Shown here: piece by piece, positions 1 to 11,265 of the stretch
Position numbering within the stretch: position 1 is the stretch's first letter
Layout: each line of letters begins with the position of its first letter
Origin: Octopus bimaculoides
Taxonomy: Eukaryota
Assembly (NCBI RefSeq): GCF_001194135.2
Contig: NC_068981.1
Location: forward strand, 10,481,778-10,545,777
Direction of reading: 5' to 3'
Length of the DNA: 64,000 bases
Notes under the pieces: model-generated
What the model was told of the DNA's origin: nothing
What the model saw: only the letters and a program-made list of their open reading frames with translations
Database searches by the model: none
Position numbers and translations under genes: made by a program

Positions 1-19
1 TATATATATATATATATAT

Positions 20-222
20 GCTTGCATGTCTGTGTTTGTCCTCCCACCATCGCTTGGCAACCGATGTTGGTGTGTTTACGTTCCGAACTTGGCGGTTCGG
101 CAAAAGAGACCAATAGAATAAGTACTCGGCTTACAAAGAATAAGTATTGGGGTCGATTTGTTCGACTAAAGGCGCTGCTCTAGCATGGGAGCAGTCAAGT
201 GACTGAAGCAAATAAAAGAATA
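20..222 (+). mobile_element. SINE family A (internal TA/TG microsatellite), 3' half
   Basis: Recurrent ...ttagcggttcggcaaaagagac...ggggtcgatttgttcgactaaaggcg...aaagaa seen in many copies in the window. Confidence 0.85.
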
Positions 223-230
223 TATATATA

Positions 231-433
231 ATCCCTCACCATATCGCGGTTCACCGAACGCGCACTCAGTACATCGCGGATTTTTCTGGCTAGTATATGT
301 AAATTTATATCGCGGACTTCTCAGTATATCGCGGGTTTCTTCGGCCGATAAGAATTTTAATTTTTTTAGATTTTAATTATTTCGGTGGGAGGTTTTGGAA
401 CGTAACACCCGATATAGTCGAAGGTTTGCTGTA
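231..433. mobile_element. pogo/Tigger-like MITE, left end clipped by microsatellite
   Basis: Right end reads tacagcaaaccttcgactatatcg on the reverse strand (TA + CAG); repeated ATATCGCGG subterminal motifs. Confidence 0.6.
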
Positions 434-1024
434 TATGAAAATACGCCTCACTATAGGAGGACAGAATTTACTTTGTGAATACAACAGAATTTTTCTCTAC
501 TGTTTAAATCAGTCAAAACTTCTAGTGTGAATGAATATACAACCTGTAGTGTCTATTGAAAAAACAAAACTAGTCTTCTATTATTTCTGTGAAAGACAAG
601 GTGTTGGCTGTTCTTGTGTGATTTCATGTTAGCCCTAATCAAAATTACCTATGACACGTTAGTAATCGGTTGAACTGCGACTGACTGCTTGATTTGATAG
701 AAAGATCTGTTAATGTATAACTCTGCCTAACTGAGAATCATATTAATCTCATTGACATACAATAAAAAAGATCGTAAGGAGAACAGTACGAAAGTCTGAA
801 CGCATTGTATTCTCTCCACTGCCCACACAGTCTATTTCCCTACAGCAGTAAATTCTGTTGGTTGTCGCAGCAGATATGAACAAAATGAGTTCGGGTCGGA
901 ACACGACAGTTGCCATTCGTCTGCAATTATCTTTGGTGATGTACATCCCAGTTTAGCGTTTAGAGCTCATTTATAGTTTGCCTAAGTTGAGAAATAGAGT
1001 TTTAAGAAGGCTATTATTATCATG

Positions 1025-1649
1025 GGATCTATTTTAAAACGGGGGCGCCAGTTTTCATTTATGTTTTATGTAGTGTTTTTGGTACGGAAAGACTTTCAAA
1101 CTTCGTATATTTATCTATTTTGTGTTATAGAACAGAAAAATATTTTTGTATTCGAATTTATTTCATGTAAAAAATTGTCTTATTTCGATAATTTCTACTA
1201 ATCACTGACGTCTATTCAGTTGAAAACAGTTAGCGCTGTAACGGTGTATATCGTATTAATCCCCTAACCCTAACCCTAACCCTAAAACTAACCCTAACTC
1301 TAGAATCCGAACTCTAAAATTGTTACACACATAGATACACACAGCGTAATTTATTATATAAACAATATATGCGTATAAATTACGATTAAACCGGATGAAA
1401 TATGTCACAGGGAATAACATTTTTATGACCGCCCAGCAGTAACACTATTCAGCTGAATAGACGTCAGTGATTGGTTGAAATTACAGAAATACGACAACTT
1501 TAACATGGAATAACTTGCGAATTCCTTTTTTTTTTTTTGTTAAGAAGACTAAGAGTAAAAGATGTTTTATATGACACATTCTACCAGTGTCCCAAGTTTC
1601 AAAGTGTTTCGTTAAGAAAATACTGGCGCCCCCGTTTTAAAATAGATCC
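1025..1649. mobile_element. Non-autonomous DNA transposon, 28-bp perfect TIRs, 8-bp TSD (Merlin-like), internal (CCCTAA)n
   Basis: TIR GGATCTATTTTAAAACGGGGGCGCCAGT at 1025-1052 / 1622-1649; TSD ttatcatg / ttgtcatg; internal IR 1190-1222 / 1450-1483. Confidence 0.85.
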
Positions 1650-1790
1650 TTGTCATGTTCTTGGGTGTTGTATAAATGTTTAAGTGCTTTGGCACCTTAG
1701 GCAAGTGTCTTCTACTATAGCCTCGGGCCGACCAAAGCCTTGTGAGTGGATTCGGTAGACGGAAACTGAAAGAAGCCTGTCGTATATATG

Positions 1791-1827
<37 letters not shown>

Positions 1828-2845
1828 TTGTCCCCCCAACATCGCTTGACAACCTGGAACCATGTGGTTGGGAAGCAAGCTTCTTACAACACAACCTGAA
1901 TCTCGCTGAAAATTACATTAAGAGTACCCATGTCTGTGGAGTACTCAGCCACTTGCACATTAATTTCACGGGCAGGCTGTTCCGTTGATTGAATCAACTG
2001 GAACCCTCGTCGTCATAACCGACGGAGTGTCAGTTAGCAACGCATAACCATCTTGTCTCCTGCACACCAACCCATTTTTCCCTGCTCCGAGAGTGACCTC
2101 ACCTGTTCCCTTTATTACGTTTTCGAGTTTTGGGTTGGATTAAGACATTGTGTATGTGAGTCGGCCAAAATTTCGATGGCACCTCCAGATTTTAGCCCCC
2201 AACTCTACGCACTAGTTTTTCCAATAGGCAACACCATCTCTGGCTACTTAAACTTTGTTGTTTTTGACCTACGTTTTAAAGTGCTTGGTGTAGGGTTAGA
2301 GCTGTTGCACAACAGAAGGAGCGGATCGCAGGTTCTTGTGACGCTGCTAAAGTGTATACCGCCCGGGTCAGCCCTTGAGTTTACTACTCCTCGGGCCCCA
2401 CTGACTTATACAGCAGACTCAAAAGTGCTGCTCTCGTAAAAGCATCACCATGGGTTGGACTGCATCGTCGCTGCCCCCAACCCCTGCTACACAGCTGGTA
2501 GGGTCTTAGTTGTTGTATTCAATCATGTTCATTTCCCCCAGAGCCGATGACATAAGTCCCAGTAATATACTTGGTTTGATTTAATTGACTGTAACTGTAT
2601 TCCAGTAAGATCATATATTTGTGGACATTTCTAGTTTATTCTCTCATTTTCTCTATCTCTCTTTTCTTATATGCGTGTGTGCGTGTGTGTGTGTATGTGT
2701 GTGTATCTATGTATCTCTCTTTCTCTCTCTCTGTATGCATGCATGTACCATGTATTGATATATATGTATATATATATATGAAACCATTGGTCACTCTGTG
2801 AGTGGACATAAACTTATTTACTTTTAATATATATATATATTTTTT

Positions 2846-3240
2846 TTTATTCTTTTACTTGTTTCACTCATTTGACTGTGGGCGTGCTGGAGCACCACCT
2901 CTAGTCGAACAAATCGACCCCAGGACTTATTCTTTGTAAGCCAAGTACTTATTCTGTCATATCTTTTGCCGAATCGCTATGTTTCGAGGACGTAAACACA
3001 CTAATATGGGTTGTCAAGCGATGTTGGTGGAGGGGGGGGGACAAACAGAGACACACAAACACACACACACACACACATTTAGGACGGGCTTCTTTCAGTT
3101 TCCGTCTACCGAATCTACTCAGAAGGCTTTGGCCTGCCCGAGGCTAAACAGTAGAAGAAACCCAAAGTGCCACGCAGTGGGACTGAACCGGGAACCATGT
3201 GGTTGGGAAGCAAGCCTCTTATGACACAGCCACTCCTGCA
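2846..3240 (-). mobile_element. SINE family A, near full length
   Basis: tRNA-like head ggagtggctgtg...ggttcagtccc, ccttgggcaagtg block, (CA)n, A-rich tail. Confidence 0.85.
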
Positions 3241-3633
3241 CATATGCATACATATTCATACACACACACACACATGAGAGAGAGAAAGAGAGAGAGAGAA
3301 TCGCTAGAGAAAGTGAATGACAAAAAGAAGGAAAATTAGATAAGAAGATACACTTTCACATGCAGGTGTGTATGCATGCGTGCATACAGGCATGTATGTA
3401 TATATGTGGGTAGGTATAGACAAAAGTAGGCAACGATAAGAAAACTAGGGGAAGCGGTATGCTGCGCATAACCGGGGAAATACAATGAACGAATAACTAT
3501 TTTGCTGTGACACCGATTTTCCATTAATGCAGCAGAACACATTTCAAGCGAATTTAGAAAACCTTTTTATACATTTAATTATTTTTCACCTTTAAATATT
3601 TTGTTGTATAGACTTTATCTTATCAATTAGCAG

Positions 3634-3744
3634 ATGGCTTCTTCTCCAAAAAGAAAAGATGCAAATAAATCGACAGATTCCGAAATTACATTAAGATCAA
3701 CATTTTCAAAGATTTTTACTCCAGAAGCAACGTGGCCGGATAAG
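3634..3744 (+). CDS. RAB5IF: RAB5IF/C20orf24 (OPTI) coding exon 1
   Basis: ATG at 3634; MASSPKRKDANKSTDSEITLRSTFSKIFTPEATWPDK ends in WPDK|GTTAGT (human, from memory: AAWEDK|DEFLD); phase 0 joins exon 2. Confidence 0.9.
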
Positions 3745-4312
3745 GTTAGTAAATTGTTAATCTCATGGATTTAAATTAGTATTTAAGTCCTTTATGCTTA
3801 AAGGGGTGTGTATATTATATTTTACATTGCGGAAATTAATTTATAAAATCGTGAAATAATCTAGTATTTTCTTCGAAATAACAGATAAAAATATTCGTTT
3901 CTAGATTTCCTTCTAATTGCGGTTTTTTTTTTTAGTAACTCATAATTATTAATTATGAAATTAAAAAAAACACACACACATTTGTTTATTTTAATTATCT
4001 GCAAAGTCTACGTTAAAATATATACATATATATATATATTTTTTTTTTTAGGTTAATATACAACCCTCGATTGTCTCAAAATTATTCCCCGTTGAAATTT
4101 TAATTACATATTATTGTAAGATGCCGCAACGACAGCGAAACCGGGTTCTGATCGAAGTGAAGTGTTAAACAACCATCGATTGATTTTTTTTTTTTCCTCG
4201 ATTATTAAGTTACCAAACAGGTCGCTCGTTTATAAAGATTCAGTAATGCATCGGTTGGAATTTGGGCTACTGCTATTATTATTTTTTGTTGTTGCTACTC
4301 TTTGCTTAGCCC

Positions 4313-4427
4313 TACAAAATTAAGAGGAATGACCAGCAAAAGTGGACTCTTATATGCTAGAAATAGATGGCATCTATTTCTAGCGTATAGGAGTCCACTT
4401 TTGCTGGTCATTCCTCTTAATTTTGTA
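4313..4427. repeat. 115-bp palindrome (57-bp arms, 1-nt loop); TA-flanked MITE-like
   Basis: Arms 4313-4369 / 4371-4427 with 2 mismatches; ends TA-CA...TG-TA. Confidence 0.9.
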
Positions 4428-5474
4428 TGTAATATAATTTTAATCTTCGGATTTTTTTAAATATGCTAAACCACTGGTTTTAATTGATTAATATCAATTT
4501 CTACCCTTATTATTAAAAGTTTGCTTAGCCCTAGATAGCTTTAATCGATAGACCTGCAATCGAAGGTATTACAATCATAACCAACTCGTCCCCCCCCCTG
4601 ATATCGTGTACACCGAACAGCATTATTCAGTATTTCCTTTTATATTAGATGATAGTATGCGGTTTGAGGAATAAGTGGCTACTATTTCTAGCTGGTCTAC
4701 CGACCACGTAATATTTGTACGACTGCACCTCACACATCATTTATCTAAATGCCATGAATAATAAACTTATTTCCAATGAACCCCACTTTTTAAGGCTTAT
4801 CAATTTGGAACTTAATGCAATCAAGTGTTCTCTGATGATCCGTTGCATTTAAGCATACAAATGCCCATAGAACACCCATTGTACGTAGGAATTAATAATA
4901 CGTAAGAATTAATAATATAAACTTCTGCATATCTTAATTTATCTTTTATTCTTAAAAAAACTAAGTTTCAACAGGGAAGTCTTTTCGTGGTCGCGCGACT
5001 TTCTAAAAATAATTGCCGAATCGCCCTGCCGCCTTTAAATAGGAAAGGGTACATGAAGTAGTATATTCTTATTTACTTATAAAAAGTTGGGATGGTCACG
5101 GCTGAAATGTTTTTGATTGTAGGTATGCCCACTTCGGATTAAACGGTACCAAGGTTTCTACTTGAACTAGACAGAAACGACTTTTCATGGTTGCCAGACC
5201 GCCTAGAAATAGTAGCCAAATATCATATCGAACTCTATTGTCTTAGAAAGGAAAAATACTTTAGACAGTATAGTCCCAAATATGCATTAAAAAAAAGATT
5301 TGGATGGTCTTGAGTCTTACCTTTGATCATAGGCCTGCTCGATGATGGCTACTCGGGGTTAAACAACAACATTAACCGCGTTTTAACTACTCCTTACTTG
5401 CTACAAACCCCATTCTTTGGTGGTACCATATTATTCATATACATTTCTGAAAAAAATAACATCTATAATAGTAT

Positions 5475-5568
5475 AGCCTGAACAGGATAAACTACCCCTA
5501 TTTCGCAGAAAAAAAGTGTAGGTGACACTTTTTTCTGCAAAATAGGGGTAGTTTATCCTGTCCAGGCT
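5475..5568. repeat. ~45-bp-arm hairpin / small MITE
   Basis: agcctgaacaggataaactacccct...gtgt / acac...aggggtagtttatcctgtccaggct; 5-nt loop, 2 mismatches + 1-nt indel. Confidence 0.88.
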
Positions 5569-6610
5569 CTATTATTAGCATTATCCTGCGATTGAGAATT
5601 TAAAAATCACTTCTTTAACTTTCTAAAAGACATCTCAACGCTTCTAAAAGCAAACTTCGTTTGTTTGTTTACGTTTATCGTAATTTGAATTTAACCTATG
5701 ATAGTGTTTTCTAGTAGGTTTTGTTTGGGTTTATTTATTTATTTGTCTTTAGTAGAAGGAAAAATTCTGGTGTGTCTTTTGTATCTTAGTAATCACCAAT
5801 GTGATTTGCAAAGTCCAAATCAATTGACCATTATCTTACCATTGATTCTTTATTCTATAAGTTTTCAACCAAAGTAAAGTTGTAATTATATAAATCTGCA
5901 AAAATTTTTTTCTCGTGTTTAGTCCTAAAAGTCTGCCAAAATTCTATTAGGTTTGCAGCATAATATTAATTATGCTTGTTTCTTAAAGTATTCTTTAATT
6001 CTTTTATTGGTGTCACTTATTCCAGGCCCTCTTGTCTCTTGTATTCCTTTGTTACAATTTTCAGTTCATTTCATCTTTCTTTGGTTCTCCTGTTATTCAC
6101 CAATGTTTATAATATACATCACCTTTTCTACCATTCTATATATATATATATAGATATATCATAGCCCAGTGTGTATAGTATACATTACCATTCTATCATC
6201 ATCATCATCATTTAACGTCCGTTGTCCATACTGGCATAGGTTGGACGGTTTGACCAGGGCTGGAAAGCTGCGCCAGACTCCAGTCTGATTTGACATGGTT
6301 TTCTACAGCTGGATACCCTTCCTAATCCCAACCTCTCCAAGAGTTTAATAGGTCCCTTCTCTCATAATTTTACCTCTCGTCTCCCAACATAAAGCTGCTT
6401 CCTCAAAGTTCATAGTCTTGCAAGCTGCATGGCGACCTCACTGGTGCTGTGGTACACAAAAAGCCTCTAGTACACTCTGTAAAGTGTTTGGTGTTAGAAA
6501 AGGCATCCAGCCATGGAAACCCTGCCAAAGCCGACACCGGAGTATGATGCAGTCCTTGGGCCCACCAGATTCTGTCAAATAGTTCAATCCATACCAGCAA
6601 GGAACATGGA

Positions 6611-6826
6611 CCCTTTCACATTCAGATTACTCTGTCAAATATAATGCTTATTTATTCACATTGTTTTTAATTAATGATGCATTATCTTGTAGCTTTGGAA
6701 TTTCAGCAATGTGATTGTATATTTTTGGAATGACATTGTAGGGCAGGTGTGAGTGACTGGATCTGGCCAGTTTGAATGTAGACATAGAATATTATGGCCT
6801 GGTATAGCCGGTTTAAATGCTAGAGT
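6611..6826. mobile_element. piggyBac-like ~220-bp MITE family (other copies 18990-19686 interrupted, 30897-31115, 63311-63527, partial ~19790-19990, ~28050-28180)
   Basis: Shared body cagattactctgtcaaat...gatctggccagtttgaa; better-preserved copies show TTAA flanks and CCCTTT...AAAG(G/A)G-type ends. Confidence 0.75.
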
Positions 6827-8151
6827 TTGATGATGATGGTAGTGGTGTCTGTTGTTGTTTGCTTTGCTATCTCAGAAACTACCCAGGGTTGTGAACTCAA
6901 ATTGTCTTAATAATTACTAAGCAAAATGTCAGATTAAATGAAAGATTTTTTTTTTTTTTGTCATTTTGCTTGACTGCTGGAGGTAGGTAGTTCTCATGGC
7001 AACGTAATTTATTCCACTTTCTAAACATTTTTATCATCATCATTTAGTGTCTGTTTTCCATGCTGGCATGGGTTGGATAATTTGACAGGAGCTGGCAAGG
7101 CCAGGAAGTTGCACCAAGCTCCAATTGTCTGTTTTGACTTGGTTTCTACTGCTGGATGCCCTTTCTAACGCCAGCTACTTCACAGAGTGCATTTGGTGCC
7201 TTTTAGGTGGCACCAATCCCCAACACCAGCAGAGGCACCAAGTAACTTGCAAGACAAAGTCTTAGCTGAGAGAAGGAGTGGAACCAAGGGAAGTGGGTTT
7301 GTGCCAAGCAAGAGATTAGAGTATAATAGCGGGATAGGGATAGGTATTTTATTATGGAAGAAATTCTTTGCTACTCTAGTCGGACAAGGAAGTGAGAAAG
7401 ATAGGGAGACAATCACAGTGAGAGATAGAGAGAAATAGATGGTGTTAGAGATATATTGGAGCCTACCCACAGTGAACAGTGAGGATGGGGAGTAGAATAG
7501 TACAGAAGGGACAGAGGGGGATGTTCCATCAGAATGTGCGTGGATATCTTTAAAGGTGGAAAAGACAGGTGATGGTGAAGGAAATTGGAGTGGCTGGAAG
7601 GCAGGTGAGGAAGATGTGCGAGGGTATGGAGAGTATGCGGATAGGCACATGGAAAAGAGTGGAGGGGCCTGCAGTGGGTGAGGGAGAGCAGAAGGGCCTA
7701 CAGTAGGTGTTGGGAAGATGAGGGGAGTTTTGACAGAAGCCAGATGTCTGTGTGTGTGTGTGTGTATATACGCAGGCCATCTCTCCTCTTCAATTTATCC
7801 TTGTATCCATGCTGCCCCCTTCAAACTTCTCCCTAATCACTATGCCCAGTCTTTTTTTTTTCCTTCCCGAAACTTCAACATCCTAGAATCCCCATTCTCT
7901 TCTCTTCATATCTTTCTCACAGATGTTGACTTTAAAAGGTTCAAGATGAACATTAATGACATCATTCTCACCAATCCAAGAGGACTTGCAATGGCCATGC
8001 ATTGGTCTTCCATTTCCTCCAGACCTAACAATTAAAACATCAGTGACCAATCAATAAATTGCTCTTTTTTTGTTTCGTTCTTCTATTTTATTTTATTTAT
8101 TTATTTTTGTTGTCTTGTTTAGAATTCATTTTCGATGTCTTTATTTTACAG

Positions 8152-8255
8152 GATGAATTCCTCGACGTTATTTACTGGATGCGGCAAATTTTGGGCATCT
8201 TTCTTGGACTTATATGGGGAATTATTCCCTTGAAAGGCATCTTTGGAATTTTAAT
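8152..8255 (+). CDS. RAB5IF: RAB5IF coding exon 2
   Basis: ttttacag|DEFLDVIYWMRQILGIFLGLIWGIIPLKGIFGIL(I)|gtaagc; hallmark DEFLDVIYW motif; 104 nt, phase 2 end. Confidence 0.96.
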
Positions 8256-8448
8256 GTAAGCACATTGTTTTTTGTTAATGAACTCTTTCTCATAGACCTC
8301 CTGGATCAGGTATAAACGGTCACAATTCAACCAGGTAGAAAATGAGACAGTAGGAATTCTCTTTTCTCAGAACACATTAATCAATTGACTTTCCCCAGGA
8401 ATTGAAGCTTTGCTATTCTAAGTGTTTGCTTAGAGTCTACAGCATCTC

Positions 8449-8491
<43 letters not shown>

Positions 8492-8842
8492 TTTCTTGTG
8501 CCGGTGGCATGTTAGAAAATCATTCAAGTGAGGTCATTGCCAGTGCCGCTGGACTGGTTCCTGTGCAGGTGGCATGTAAAAAAAAACTCTATTTTGAGCG
8601 TGGCCATTGCCAGTACCGCATGACTGGCCCTCTTGGAGTGGTTGGCGTTAGGAAGGGCATCCAGCTGTAGAAACTCTGCCAGATCAGATTGGAGCCTGGT
8701 GCAGCCNNNNNNNNNNNNNNNNNNNNNNNNNNNNNNNNNNNNNNNNNNNNNNNNNNNNNNNNNNNNNNNNNNNNNNNNNNNNNNNNNNNNNNNNNNNNNN
8801 NNNNNNNNNNNNNNNNNNNNNNNNNNNNNNNNNNNNNNNNNN

Positions 8843-8883
<41 letters not shown>

Positions 8884-8884
<1 letters not shown>

Positions 8885-9700
8885 ATCATCATTATTTAAT
8901 ATCCATTTTCCATGCTGCATGGGTTAGATGGTTTGACAGGAGCTAGCAAGCTGAAGAGCTGCTTAGGCTCTGTGTCTGTTTTGGCATGGTTTCTATGGCT
9001 GGATGCCCTTCCTAATGGCAACCACTTTATAAGATGTACTGGGTGCTTTTATGCAGCACCAGCATGGGTGCTTTTGCATGGCACTGATATGGGTACTTTT
9101 TATGTGGCACCAGCACCCACATTCCCACAATATTAAAACTTCTCAGCTGGAGATGGTTGCAGGGGACAAGCCTGTATACAAAGACAACCACGATTTTACT
9201 TAACTTGACATGTCTTCTCAAATACAGCAAATTGCCAGGAGTCTTGGTCTCCTGTCATCCCCTCTGTGAGGCCCAACTTCTGAAGATCCTTTCTCACCAT
9301 TTCATCCCATGTCTTCCTAGATCTATTTCTTCCACATGTTCCCTCTACAGTTGCATCAAAAGATCAGCACTTCTTCATGCAATTGTCTTGATTCTTATGC
9401 ATCACATGACCATACCAGCACAGTCTTCTCTCTTACATGCTACATCTGACACCTCGTATACCCAGTTCTTCTCTCAAATCACTTACACTCTGTCATAGAT
9501 GCACACTGACATTACCCATCCAGTGGAGCATGCTGGCTTCATTTCTTTCAAGCCTTCACATAACCTCAGTTGTCATATCCCATGTCTCACTACCATGTAG
9601 CACAGCTGTACATACACGAGTATCATAAAATCTGCCTTTCACTCTGAGAGAGGCACTTCATTACTAACAGAGGTAGTAGCTCTGAACTTTATTCAGCCTA
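8884..9700 (-). mobile_element. RTE-clade LINE 3' fragment with 3' UTR and (GAT)n tail
   Basis: Degenerate peptide VLHGSETW..RLERNEASMLHWM..RRLCWYGHVM..RKTWDEMVRKDLQKLGL, followed by gggcatccagc core and GAT tail. Confidence 0.85.
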
Positions 9701-9701
9701 T

Positions 9702-9978
9702 TCTTATTCTATCAGTTTCTTTTGCCGAACCGCTAAGTTATGGGCACGTAAATACACCAGCATCAGTTGTCAAGTGATGGCGGGGAAGAAACACATACAC
9801 ACAAATACACACACACAAACACACAATAGTCTTCTTGTCTACCAAATCCACTCACAAGGCTTTGGTTGGACTGAGGCTATAGTAGAAGACACTTGTCCAA
9901 GATGCCATGCAGTGGGACTGAACCCAGAACCATGTGGTTGGTAAGCAAGATACTTACCACACAACCACTCCTGCACCT
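9702..9978 (-). mobile_element. SINE family A copy
   Basis: Same family sequence as 2846-3240. Confidence 0.8.
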
Positions 9979-10720
9979 GTGTACATTTAACTTAGTTCTC
10001 AGGGGTATTCAGCATGATGCAGAATGTGATGAGGTTGGCCCTTTGAAATACAGGAATGACTCATTTTTGCCAGCCGAGTGGACTGGGGCAGCAGGAAATA
10101 CAGTCTCCTGCTCACATGAATGTAACTAACCACCCCAAAACATTTTGTCTGACGTTCTTCCGATCCTGCCATCCATCCATCCTCTATTTGGTGCGTTCCC
10201 TATTAACTCCATACTAGCTTATTTAATGTCACTTGTAGTTGAGCTAACCTACAGTAACATAGAAGAGCAAATCTAAAGATAAATGGTAGTAGTGGTGGTG
10301 GTGGTGGTGGTGGCAGCAGTAGAGACGACAACTTCTGCCACCACCAGCAATGAAAACGATGTTTCTGATGGTAGTAATAATAGTAGTAGCTACTACTCGA
10401 CATATCTTTTCTTCGTTCCTCCTTCCTTTCCTTTCATCTAACAGATAAAGCAGAAACCTAAATAGATATTAATTTTATATTTTCTCACAGCTCTATATGT
10501 CATGACCTATTGCTCTATTTATTTCAGTGGTTGGGGAAAGACTCTAGTATTTCAATGTATCCATTAATACACGAAATTTAACTGTCCCCTTTATCCTCCC
10601 CTACACCCGTCTGTCTTTAATTAATTGTCAAGGTCAGTATTTGATGTTTTCTCGTTTTTACACAGCAAAGTTTGTCTCACATGTCTTGACTAAATGTCAT
10701 CTTTTCGTCTTCTCTTTCAG

Positions 10721-10850
10721 TTTTTTCCTCATCAATGTTGGCTTTATATACATGTACTACAGCACTTTCCAGCGTGTTGAAGATGAAGAATATGGTGGCT
10801 CAGCAGAGATTTTAAAAGAAGGATTGATGACTTCGTTTTCCTCATTTCTA
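10721..10850 (+). CDS. RAB5IF: RAB5IF coding exon 3
   Basis: ctctttcag|FFLINVGFIYMYYSTFQRVEDEEYGGSAEILKEGLMTSFSSFL|gttagt; matches DEEEYGG..EL.KEGFMTSF family motif; 130 nt, phase compatible with exon 2. Confidence 0.95.
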
Positions 10851-10954
10851 GTTAGTACCCTTTTTTTCAAAAAAAATTTATCCATTGTTTATATGAACAT
10901 AACTATATATATATATACTTGTATGCTATGATCTACTATTTATGGTGATGGGTC

Positions 10955-11265
10955 CACATAAAAAGCACTACTGCTGGTGCCACATAGAGAACACTGGTAC
11001 TGGTGCCACATAAAAAGCACTGGTACTGGTGCCACATAGAGAACACTGGTACTGGTGCCACATAAAAAGCACTGGTACTGGTGCTGGTGCCACATAAAAA
11101 GCACTGGTGCTGATGCCACATAAAGAACACTGGTGCTGGTGTTACATAAAAAGCACTGGTGCTGGTGCCACATAAAGAACACTGGTGCTGGTGCCACATA
11201 GAGAACACTGGTGTTGGTGCCACCTAAAAAGCACTGATAATGGTGTCACATAAAGAGCACCCAGT
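10955..11265 (+). repeat. 26-bp minisatellite (~11-12 units) inside an RTE-tail element (10940-11420)
   Basis: Units cacata[aaaag|gagaa|aagaa]cactggt(a/g)ctggtgc in tandem, running into the family core and GAT tail. Confidence 0.9.

Noticed and set aside
749-946. 65-aa ORF on - as an exon of a divergent gene
   Set aside because: No recognisable homology or convincing splice-site pair; cannot be supported
1261-1300. True telomere or chromosome end
   Set aside because: Only ~4 perfect units, located inside a TIR/TSD-bounded element
10851-10931. Read-through of RAB5IF exon 3 as the real C-terminus (VSTLFFKKNLSIVY...)
   Set aside because: It does not resemble the conserved W-containing tail, runs into a TA microsatellite, and a GTTAGT donor sits at the expected intron position
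10955-11265. CRISPR-like array (repeated 26-bp units; ORFs 10936-11223 and 10940-11197)
   Set aside because: The units are head-to-tail with no unique spacers, there are no cas genes, the context is eukaryotic, and the ORFs are just translations of the minisatellite
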